Of a DNA stretch of 48,805 nt, positions 1 to 6,345 are shown piece by piece. Source of the stretch: Thermoplasmata archaeon (GTDB taxonomy: Archaea; Thermoplasmatota; Thermoplasmata; Lutacidiplasmatales; UBA184); contig JASHQX010000163.1 of the NCBI GenBank assembly GCA_030038895.1, forward strand, positions 1 through 48,805, in the 5' to 3' direction. How positions within the stretch are numbered: the first letter of the stretch is position 1; each line of letters starts with the position of its first letter. The notes beneath the pieces were generated by a model that ran no database searches, was not told where the DNA came from, and saw only the letters and a program-made list of their open reading frames with translations. The position numbers and the translations under genes are program-made.

Positions 1-1
1 T

Positions 2-400
2 CAACAATCCCCGAGCAGCAGCGCGCCCGCCGCGAGCCGCTCGAGCCCCATGCAGGTAGATTGCCTCCGTGATCCCGAACCGCGCGTAGAACCGCGCGGC
101 CCTTCGCCAATCGGCCGCGAGAGTCTCCGCGAGCCCCGGCGTTGTCGCGACCACCGCCCTCGTGACCTTGACAGGAGACCGCCGCTCGCGCAGCCTCCGT
201 GCCTCCTCGCGCTCGTCCGCCTCGCGGGAGTCGTCGGGAAGACCGCTCGTGATCTCGAACGCTGCGAACTTCCGCGTGGGGGCCGCGATCTCCTCCGCGT
301 CCTTGTCCGCACCCGGAAACGCGATCCGCGCCTCGACCCGCGTCCGGGTCCCCGGGACGAAGGACCGGGGATGCGACGACCCCGAAGGGCTGGTCTGCAA
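2..400 (-). CDS. A1: repeat-family small protein, long copy; start tentative and no stop before the window edge
   Basis: The minus frame is open 2-400 and is absent from the ORF track. It reads ..RIAFPGADKDAEEIAAPTRKFAAFEITSGLPDDSREADEREEARRLRERRSPVKVTRAVVATTPGLAETLAADWRRAARFYARFGITEAIYLH.. The only in-frame start is TTG at 398-400. Confidence 0.5.
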   Translation of the reverse strand, partial: MQTSPSGSSHPRSFVPGTRTRVEARIAFPGADKDAEEIAAPTRKFAAFEITSGLPDDSREADEREEARRLRERRSPVKVTRAVVATTPGLAETLAADWRRAARFYARFGITEAIYLHGARAARGGRAAARGLL

Positions 401-599
401 GCTGTTGTGCGGGTGACGCGCGGGGTCGCGGTCGGGCAATGCGATCGTGGTGGAAAGCAGCGAGAGCCGCGCGGGCCGCGTCGGCGGGGCGGGAGTTCGG
501 ATCGGATTTGATATTCGAAAATCGGACTCGCTGCGTCTAAAGGAAATATCTGAGGAGTCCTATTGAGGCTGAGAGGATTCCTGACTCTCCTCCGCGGAG

Positions 600-1559
600 A
601 TGAGCGACGCGGGTTCCGCTGTTCGGTTCGGTCGTACGCGTCGGCCGTGGATTTATTCGTTCGCTGGGATTGCGGTTGCCCTCTTGATTGTAGTCGGATT
701 TGGCCCGACCGGGCTCCTTCTTCCTCGGAGTACCATCTGCCAAAAGGGAGACCTCGTCGGGACATACGCGATCTGGACTCCAGATACTCCCTTGAACAAA
801 CCAGAGGGAGTCAACGTCTCCGCGGCAGCCCAGATCGGGGGATGGAACTTCACCTTCTCATCCGGGTCGGTGATCGTGGGCAGTATTCACCCGTCGGAGT
901 TGGCCGCTGGCGGATGGGGTGACCGCGGCTCTGCGTCCGGAATCTCGATGCAGGGGGCGGAGGTCAACTGGTCCTTCTACAGCGTTCACAACACTTCTGT
1001 GATCGGGACTTCCTCGAATCCTTGCGTGCAGCCGTACGTTGCTGAAATGGAGTCTCCTCCAGTTCAACAGTGTGGTGGGTTCGTCACGATACCGCTCGTC
1101 GACAACACAAGCGATGTTGTGGAACCGCACGTCTGGAATGGCGAGCTGGGTGTGAACTCATCGTCGCCTGAACCTCCGAACTGTCCTCCCACGACCCCTG
1201 GCGCTTACATCTGGTTCGACATTTCTTTCCATGAAAATGCGACTGGGGCCGCTGCCCCAGTCCAGTGGAACCTCTGCAATTCCACGGGTACCTTTCCGCT
1301 GGTACTTCCCGGGGTTGCCGAGATCCCGGTTGTTGTCTATGCTCCCTATGAAGGTCGCGAAATTTCCGCGAGTGGCGCTCAAACATGGGTAGGCCTTCCT
1401 AACGGTGGAAATACTCCCCCTATTGAATTTTGGACCGCAAACTACAGCGTGCCGGGGGGTTGGCTCTGGATGCTCGCCCCGGTCGGACCCACGCCCGCAA
1501 CGATCAACCCGGAACTGCCGCTCCCATCCTTAGTCGCTTTCGAGCGGCTCGCTTGTTGA
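600..1559 (+). CDS. Cargo 1: membrane-anchored secreted protein, probable surface glycoprotein
   Basis: ATG at 600. N-terminal TM segment WIYSFAGIAVALLIVVGFGP, then a Cys-containing ectodomain with about nine N-x-S/T sequons (NVS, NFT, NWS, NTS, NSS, NAT, NST, NYS). Confidence 0.7.
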   Translation: MSDAGSAVRFGRTRRPWIYSFAGIAVALLIVVGFGPTGLLLPRSTICQKGDLVGTYAIWTPDTPLNKPEGVNVSAAAQIGGWNFTFSSGSVIVGSIHPSELAAGGWGDRGSASGISMQGAEVNWSFYSVHNTSVIGTSSNPCVQPYVAEMESPPVQQCGGFVTIPLVDNTSDVVEPHVWNGELGVNSSSPEPPNCPPTTPGAYIWFDISFHENATGAAAPVQWNLCNSTGTFPLVLPGVAEIPVVVYAPYEGREISASGAQTWVGLPNGGNTPPIEFWTANYSVPGGWLWMLAPVGPTPATINPELPLPSLVAFERLAC

Positions 1560-1576
1560 ACGAGCGGGCCTCGTGC

Positions 1577-1927
1577 CTAATCCGTGGTTTCATCGACGAT
1601 CTCGTGACGGAACATCTCCTCCGTGATCCCAAACCGCGCGTAGAATCGTGCCGCCCTCCGCCAGTCGCTCGCGAGGGTCTCGGCGAGCCCGGGCGTGCTC
1701 GACACGACCGCGCGGGCCCGCTTGACGCGAGCGCGAAGGTCGCAAAGTAGTCGCTCCTCGGCGCGTTCGTCCTCTTCTCGCAAGTCATCGGGCGGCCCGC
1801 TCGTGATCTCACAGAGGCTGAATCGTCGCGTCGGGGTCGCAATCTCCTCCGCGTCCTCGTCCGCGTGTGGGAATGCCAGACGGGACGCGAAGCGGGTACG
1901 CGCGAAATCTTGGGGGTGGGGGCACTT
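1577..1927 (-). CDS. A2: repeat-family small protein, full-length copy with its own stop; start codon unresolved
   Basis: Open frame reads ..TRFASRLAFPHADEDAEEIATPTRRFSLCEITSGPPDDLREEDERAEERLLCDLRARVKRARAVVSSTPGLAETLASDWRRAARFYARFGITEEMFRHEIVDETTD*. The ORF track lists only the TTG-1783 part. There is no in-frame ATG/GTG/TTG upstream of the AFP motif. The nearest GTG (1929-1931) is out of frame. Confidence 0.55.
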   Translation of the reverse strand, partial: KCPHPQDFARTRFASRLAFPHADEDAEEIATPTRRFSLCEITSGPPDDLREEDERAEERLLCDLRARVKRARAVVSSTPGLAETLASDWRRAARFYARFGITEEMFRHEIVDETTD

Positions 1928-2012
1928 TCACAGGAGGACTCGCGGTCGTGGGCTTTGCCGCTCTACCGGGAAAGATTATTCGGCGAAGTCACGAATCGTA
2001 GCATGGGCTCGG

Positions 2013-2609
2013 ATGCGTTCTGTGTTCGCGCAACCCCGCAGACTGTCATCTGAAGCCCGTGCCGTCTTCGCACTAGCCGCCGCCATTGGCATATTCTTCA
2101 CAGCGACCGTCGCCGGGGTCTTCAATGTGGGAGTTTACGGTTGCCCGACCTGCACGACGAGCGATAACGGGCGACAAACGTCCTGCAACGGAAATGAACC
2201 GACCTACTGCGGCGGAGGTCTGCTCGCCCTCGGAGTCTCAATCTACCTTCTGAGCACCTTGAGCTTCCTCTTTGCGTGGAACTGGATGCTGGCATCTCGA
2301 CGGCCCTGGGAGACCAGTCAGGGTGCGTGGCGGGCCCGCCGTTCACTTGAAACGCCCGTCGTTAATCGGTTTCTGGCACTCACCCTTCTCGCCAACGGGG
2401 GCGGCCTGATATGGCTGGGCCTTTGGACGACCCCGAACTTCTGTTTGCCTATCGAAGGGCCGTGCGGGATTCTGCGCTACGTTCTCACGGGTGTTCCCCT
2501 CATACTAGTGCTCGTCGGATGGGCCGCGTTTGCTCTCGGAATCGCATTCTATCTGCCGGGATTGATTCGCGCGTTCAGGGAACCCCGCGCCGGAGCAGCT
2601 GCTCCGTAA
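2013..2609 (+). CDS. Cargo 2: 4-TM membrane protein with a Cys-rich loop
   Basis: Internal ATG at 2013 of ORF 1695..2609; the upstream part is antisense to A2. Hydrophobic segments AVFALAAAIGIFFTATVAGVF, LLALGVSIYLLSTLSFLFAW, FLALTLLANGGGLIWLGLW and LTGVPLILVLVGWAAFALGIAFYL. Loop GCPTCTTSDNGRQTSCNGNEPTYCGGG. Confidence 0.65.
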   Translation: MRSVFAQPRRLSSEARAVFALAAAIGIFFTATVAGVFNVGVYGCPTCTTSDNGRQTSCNGNEPTYCGGGLLALGVSIYLLSTLSFLFAWNWMLASRRPWETSQGAWRARRSLETPVVNRFLALTLLANGGGLIWLGLWTTPNFCLPIEGPCGILRYVLTGVPLILVLVGWAAFALGIAFYLPGLIRAFREPRAGAAAP

Positions 2610-2709
2610 TCCCAGACTGCGCGAAGAACCCTGGCGTCGGGGTCGCGATCTCCTCCGCGTCCTCGTCTGCGGACGGGAAGGCGAGCGAGGATTCGGAGGG
2701 GGTAATCAT
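2575..2709 (-). CDS. A3: internally deleted mini copy of the repeat family (44 codons, in-frame ATG)
   Basis: Reads MITPSESSLAFPSADEDAEEIATPTPGFFAQSGITEQLLRRGVP*. ATG at 2707-2709 lies 30 nt upstream of the TTC(F) codon. It overlaps the 3' end of cargo 2 in antisense by 35 nt. Confidence 0.4.
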   Translation of the reverse strand: MITPSESSLAFPSADEDAEEIATPTPGFFAQSGITEQLLRRGVP

Positions 2710-2748
2710 ACGTCTGGCCCCGTCATTGCATTCCACGCCCAAACTAGC

Positions 2749-3276
2749 TCATAGGACCGGGATGCGGTATTGCGTGGATCCCCAGAAGCCAAGCCCCACC
2801 GTCGGCCCCGGACCGCAGGCCTTCAGCACTACGGTAATCTGGCCGTTGCCCGTCGTGAAGGTGCCGACGCCGGAGCCAGGACCCCCCGTAGATACGAAGG
2901 AGTAGGAAGCACCGGGGCCGAGAATCCACACGTTCACGGTCGCGTCGGATTCGTTTTGGGTCAAGTCATAGGTAACAACCCCGTTCGCCGGAAACGGGTG
3001 TGTGATCGTTACGTTCGACCCACACCCGAAGTATCCGTTGAAGTACGTCGTCCCCGTGGGTAGGTTCCGGGACAGATTGAACATCTGGGTCCTCGGGACC
3101 ACGGGCACGACAACGAGGGCGATCACCACACCCGCAACGACCACAACGGCGATGATCGCGAACAACAGCCTTCCTCGGTGACGCGGAGGTGGCGAGGGCG
3201 GAAATCCAGACACCGGGCTCGGCTGCTCTGCCCGATCTAGTCCGAGCGCCCCCGGGGGAGGCTGCCCGTCGGACAT
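2749..3276 (-). CDS. Cargo 3: membrane-anchored secreted protein
   Basis: ATG at 3274-3276. Pro-rich N-terminus, TM segment LLFAIIAVVVVAGVVIALVVVPVV, then a beta-rich ectodomain with NLS, NVT and NES sequons. Confidence 0.7.
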   Translation of the reverse strand: MSDGQPPPGALGLDRAEQPSPVSGFPPSPPPRHRGRLLFAIIAVVVVAGVVIALVVVPVVPRTQMFNLSRNLPTGTTYFNGYFGCGSNVTITHPFPANGVVTYDLTQNESDATVNVWILGPGASYSFVSTGGPGSGVGTFTTGNGQITVVLKACGPGPTVGLGFWGSTQYRIPVL

Positions 3277-3547
3277 TTCCAGTAGATACGCGGGTCAGGA
3301 TAGAGTCTTTTCGGACGGTCGGGCATCGTGTCCGACAGCCCCGACGCGACCCAATACTCGAGCGTCTCCTCGGTGACTCCGAACCGCGCGTAGAACATCG
3401 CCGCCCTCCGCCAGTCGCTCGGAGCGTCTCCGCCAGCCCGGGCGTGTTCGCGACCAGCGCGCGCGCGACTTTAACGCGCCCGCGCAGCTCGCCCAGCCGC
3501 CGCGCTTCCTCGCGCTCGTCCTCCTCGCGGAAGTCGTCGCAAAGGGC
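3237..3547 (-). pseudogene. A4: repeat-family copy lacking the N-terminal motif and carrying a 1-nt deletion
   Basis: Starts right after the stop of the upstream gene: NALCDDFREEDEREEARRLGELRGRVKVARALVANTPGLAETL. The frame then shifts at about 3417-3422 (gctcggag versus gctcgcgag in A2) into SDWRRAAMFYARFGVTEETLEYWVASGLSD.. Confidence 0.7.
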
Positions 3548-3548
3548 G

Positions 3549-4160
3549 TTACCCGTACCCCGTCCATCTGGTACGCTTCGGCATGGCGAGAATCTCCTCG
3601 ACCTTCATCCGCTTCTTGGGGTCTTCTCCAACCGCCTCCTCGAACCGCGAGGCCGTCATGACGATGGCTGAGTCTGCTCCCCAGCCCGTCCCGGCCATCG
3701 AGACGACCCGTTCTCCGGCTCGCACCACGCCGGCCTCGACGGCGACGAAGACGATCTCCACGGCCGTCCGGAAGCCATGCCCTCCGACACAGATCAGCGT
3801 CATCCAGAACAGGTCGGCGCTGGGACCGGGCAGGTGGACGGTCTTCTTCTCCCACCAATTCCGAAACGTCAGGCTTCGTGTCAACGGCTCAGGAACCGTG
3901 TCCACCACGATGATTCCTTGTTTCAGGAGTTCCTCCTTTCGCAACGCGGGCTTCTGATATTTACGGCGGGTCACGGGGTCGTAGGTCACACAGATGACCG
4001 AGACGGGAGCGAAAGTCTTCCCCAGCTCCAAAGCGAGTTTTCCGCTTTCTGATGCTACCAGGACCTTGTTGATGTCATTCTGACGAAGTCGGCGTTTGAC
4101 CGCCTGCACTACCTTCGCGGTGTTCTCCGCCCCCGGGCCTTCGAAGAAATAGATCGCCAT
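3549..4160 (-). CDS. Cargo 4: standalone pyruvate-kinase C-terminal (alpha/beta) domain-like protein
   Basis: Internal ATG at 4158-4160 of ORF 3549..4460. Reads MAIYFFEGPGAENTAKVV..VLVASESGKLA..GFRTAVEIVFVAVEAGVV..VVSMAGTGWGADSAIV, the pattern of small archaeal PK_C-like proteins. The first 100 codons of the tracked ORF belong to A5. Confidence 0.6.
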   Translation of the reverse strand: MAIYFFEGPGAENTAKVVQAVKRRLRQNDINKVLVASESGKLALELGKTFAPVSVICVTYDPVTRRKYQKPALRKEELLKQGIIVVDTVPEPLTRSLTFRNWWEKKTVHLPGPSADLFWMTLICVGGHGFRTAVEIVFVAVEAGVVRAGERVVSMAGTGWGADSAIVMTASRFEEAVGEDPKKRMKVEEILAMPKRTRWTGYG

Positions 4161-4333
4161 CCATCGAGTCACGCTCGCGGAAAACAATACCGTATCCGGC
4201 GGACGGGCTGTTTGAGTCCGCCCGTGCCTGCGATCCCTCTCAGAGGTACGAAGGAGCCCCCGTGGAATGGCAAAGCGAGTCACATTCCGACAAATCCCCA
4301 CATAGGGGGACTCCGAATCGAAGTTGCGCCTCC

Positions 4334-4482
4334 GTGTTCCAAATCGCGCGTAGAGCCGGGCGGCCTTCTTCCAGTCGGCCCGGAAGATCTCGGACAGACC
4401 CGGAGTGGTCGCGATTTCCTCCACGTCCTTGTCCTCGTCCGGGCCCGGGAACGCGACCAAGGGACCAATCCGCGTGTGTCAT
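4334..4482 (-). pseudogene. A5: internally deleted mini copy (N-end fused to C-end)
   Basis: Reads (TTG 4458-4460) LVAFPGPDEDKDVEEIATTPGLSEIFRADWKKAARLYARFGT. The homologous ATG (4480-4482) lies 31 nt upstream of TTC, so it is out of frame. The frame runs on without a stop into cargo 4. Confidence 0.55.
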
Positions 4483-4528
4483 CCAACTTACGGCACGTTC
4501 GGTCGCGTGGCTGCCAACAAACCGGACG

Positions 4529-4780
4529 CTAGAACGAACACCCCGACGCGTTTCCGAAAGAGACTCCGGCGACCACTAAGACCGCTACCACGATGAGGAG
4601 GAAGATCAGGAGAGCGTTGCCTTCATGGCCGGCCGCCACTCCACCGACCAACGCGATGGCCGCCCCGAAGACAATCAGTGAGAGTCCGCCGCCGCAGACA
4701 CGGAACGTCAAGATGCCCAGGACGAAGAGCGCTATGGAAACCGAGACCACCGCGATCGTCCCGATCCCTCGGGCGTTCAC
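4529..4780 (-). CDS. Cargo 5: 83-aa three-TM membrane protein
   Basis: GTG at 4778-4780. Reads MNARGIGTIAVVSVSIALFVLGIL..LSLIVFGAAIALVGGVAAG..ALLIFLLIVVAVLVVAGV. Confidence 0.55.
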   Translation of the reverse strand: MNARGIGTIAVVSVSIALFVLGILTFRVCGGGLSLIVFGAAIALVGGVAAGHEGNALLIFLLIVVAVLVVAGVSFGNASGCSF

Positions 4781-4802
4781 GCTCCTTCGATACCATCAGG
4801 GT

Positions 4803-4965
4803 TCATCTCGGTACGCAATTCGTCGCCCAGCAGCGGTCTAGAGCGCGGGGGACTCGGCCGACCCACCTGGACTCGTGCGAGGTGATCCCCTGCGACTCGG
4901 TAGCGTAATCCTCCGCGTCCTCGTCCGCGGACGGGAAGACGAGAAAGGACCCGGAGCGCGTTCAC
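4803..4965 (-). pseudogene. A6: degenerate mini copy
   Basis: The family frame reads TRSGSFLVFPSADEDAEDYATESQGITSHESRW..*, preceded by an in-frame TGA. GTG at 4963-4965 lies 28 nt upstream of TTC, so it is out of frame. The GTG-frame ORF ends in a TGA that overlaps the GTG start of cargo 5. Confidence 0.5.
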
Positions 4966-5007
4966 AACAGGTTCTAAGGCTTCGGAGTCATTAGTCCAAG
5001 CGAGGTT

Positions 5008-5289
5008 ATGGCTGATCTGAACACGGCGGCGGCAGATCAAACCATAATCTCTTCTTGGACACGCGATTATCGCCTCAGCCTCGCGCTTCTCGTGGCGGGT
5101 ATCGTCGTGGTTGTGGCCCTCTGCTCCTTCAGTTTCTGGGCGAACTCGACAGGAAACTACCCAACGTCATTTGGCGCCGGCCTTGCCATCGATCTCATCG
5201 GAACCGCCGGGGCAATGCTGATACTCCTAGCCGGGACCGTCGCTTACTTTCATTGGAGGGGTCTCCAACTAATCCGGGGCAACGCCTGA
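5008..5289 (+). CDS. Cargo 6: 93-aa two-TM membrane protein
   Basis: ATG at 5008. TM segments LSLALLVAGIVVVVALCSFSFW and AGLAIDLIGTAGAMLILLAGTVAYF. Confidence 0.55.
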   Translation: MADLNTAAADQTIISSWTRDYRLSLALLVAGIVVVVALCSFSFWANSTGNYPTSFGAGLAIDLIGTAGAMLILLAGTVAYFHWRGLQLIRGNA

Positions 5290-5473
5290 TCTGGCCCACG
5301 CGGGGAACCGCTTGAAGGGCGCCCCGTGCGAGCGGGCGTCCGCGGTCGGTCGCGCCGGCAGCCTTCACCCGCGCTCGCATCCCTCGCGGACGCTGAACCT
5401 CCGCGTCGGAGTGGCAATCTCCTCGTCGTCGGCGCCCGGGAACGCGATCCGCGACTCGCCCCGGATCCGCCAC
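5290..5473 (-). pseudogene. A7: degenerate repeat-family copy
   Basis: The family frame reads ESRIAFPGADDEEIATPTRRFSVREGCERG* (stop 5365-5367). A residual RVKAAGA.. match sits in another frame. GTG at 5471-5473 lies 31 nt upstream of TTC. Confidence 0.5.
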
Positions 5474-5507
5474 TGGTCGCGGGGAGGGCGGCGCGCGGGA
5501 CTGCGAG

Positions 5508-5885
5508 CTAGGGGCTCCGAGACTGCCCCGGTGCCTCTGGGGTTGAGGAGGGAGGCGTCTTCGAACGCAGGCTCGGACCGTAATCATACTCCGCCCACTT
5601 TGGCCACCCTCGGGGCTCCAAATCTAGCTCAGCCCACACGCCGTACAGGAGTCCGAGAGCCAAGAAGAGGACGCCGCCAAAAACGAAGAGGTCCGCTGCA
5701 AACAGGTGGGGAAAGACACATCCGGTCGTTTGGCCCCCCTCTACTACCGGAATGCAGTATGTGTACAGGAAGATCGCACTAACAAAGGCCGCTGCCGACA
5801 CGATGAAGCAGACGATCGTGAGCAGGGCATGCCGAAGGAAGTTGATCGGCGGCCAACGGTCCGACGGTGCACTCGTGTTCGCCAT
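5508..5885 (-). CDS. Cargo 7: 125-aa membrane protein
   Basis: ATG at 5883-5885. TM segments LLTIVCFIVSAAAFVSAIFLYTY and LFVFGGVLFLALGLLYGVW, with a Pro/Ser-rich tail. Confidence 0.6.
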   Translation of the reverse strand: MANTSAPSDRWPPINFLRHALLTIVCFIVSAAAFVSAIFLYTYCIPVVEGGQTTGCVFPHLFAADLFVFGGVLFLALGLLYGVWAELDLEPRGWPKWAEYDYGPSLRSKTPPSSTPEAPGQSRSP

Positions 5886-6046
5886 GCCCGTGGGCAGCGT
5901 GAAGGGAAGCAGGACAGACGTATCAGCTTCGTCAAGCGCGTTTTACACGCTCACGGGCCCCGGAAAACTGCCTGGGGCGTAGGAGATGCCCGCTTCATCC
6001 CTTCAGGACCGGGGGATCCTTTCCCGAAACATATTCTCGCTAATCC

Positions 6047-6339
6047 CTACCGTGAGTAGAATCGCGCCGCCCTCCTCCAGCCGCTCGCAAGAATCTCCGG
6101 AACCTCCGGTGTAATCGCGACGAGTACCCTCGCCGCTTTCACGTGGCCTCGTAGTCCGCGAAGTCGCCGCGCGCCGACTCGAATTGCCCCGCGTCGAAGA
6201 CGAGCCGACCGATTGCCCGGACTCGGCCCGCCTCGAGGCTTGCGGCGGCCTCGGCATTTTCGTGCACGACCTCGACCGGAGGGCGCGGCGCGGGTGGGGA
6301 CTTCGGCCACTCGGGTGGCGGAAGCTCGCTCGCGGTCAC
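6047..6339 (-). pseudogene. A8: divergent copy with a novel N-terminal part and the family C-end in the -1 frame
   Basis: Frame a (GTG 6337-6339) reads VTASELPPPEWPKSPPAPRPPVEVVHENAEAAASLEAGRVRAIGRLVFDAGQFESARGDFADYEAT*. Frame c reads ARRLRGLRGHVKAARVLVAITPEVPEILASGWRRAARFYSR* and aligns codon-for-codon with A4. The junction is a GTGA stop/start overlap at 6139-6142. Confidence 0.5.
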
Positions 6340-6345
6340 CCCCGT

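Larger units (their letters stand above)
2..6339 (-). repeat. Repeat-punctuated gene array: 8 same-strand copies (A1-A8) of one ~100-codon coding repeat alternating with 7 unrelated small genes
   Basis: Minus-strand peptide strings recur. (A/V)FPxxD(E/K)D..EEIA occurs at 284-322, 1838-1876, 2644-2682, 4410-4454, 4902-4940 and 5413-5445. TPGLAE..DWRRAARFYARFG(I/V)TE occurs at 65-142, 1619-1696, 3369-3445 and 4335-4409, with a related form at 6047-6142. Exactly one gene lies between each pair of copies. Confidence 0.85.

Noticed and set aside
1-765. A 254-aa minus-strand ORF covering A1 and its upstream spacer.
   Set aside because: It is extremely Arg/Ser/Gly/Pro-rich (RRRGPRGSR..) and is a different frame from the one showing third-position substitutions between A1 and A2. 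I treat it as a GC-driven shadow ORF.
3549-4460. The tracked 303-aa ORF read as a single protein (repeat N-terminus fused to the PK_C-like domain).
   Set aside because: The PK_C-like family normally starts at M..YFFE.PG, which matches the internal ATG at 4160. The upstream 100 codons are the A5 mini copy plus a low-quality linker. I kept it as an observation, not as a gene model.
4921-4933. The 12-bp palindrome CGTCCGCGGACG inside A6 as a conserved recombination core of the repeat.
   Set aside because: It is perfect only in A6. A3 has one mismatch, and A1, A2, A5 and A7 lack it. It is therefore not a family feature.
1-6345. A classical integron cassette array with attC sites.
   Set aside because: I found no RYYYAAC/GTTRRRY core pairs at the repeat borders. 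The repeat shows codon-phase conservation and not structure-only conservation. No intI-like gene is in the window.
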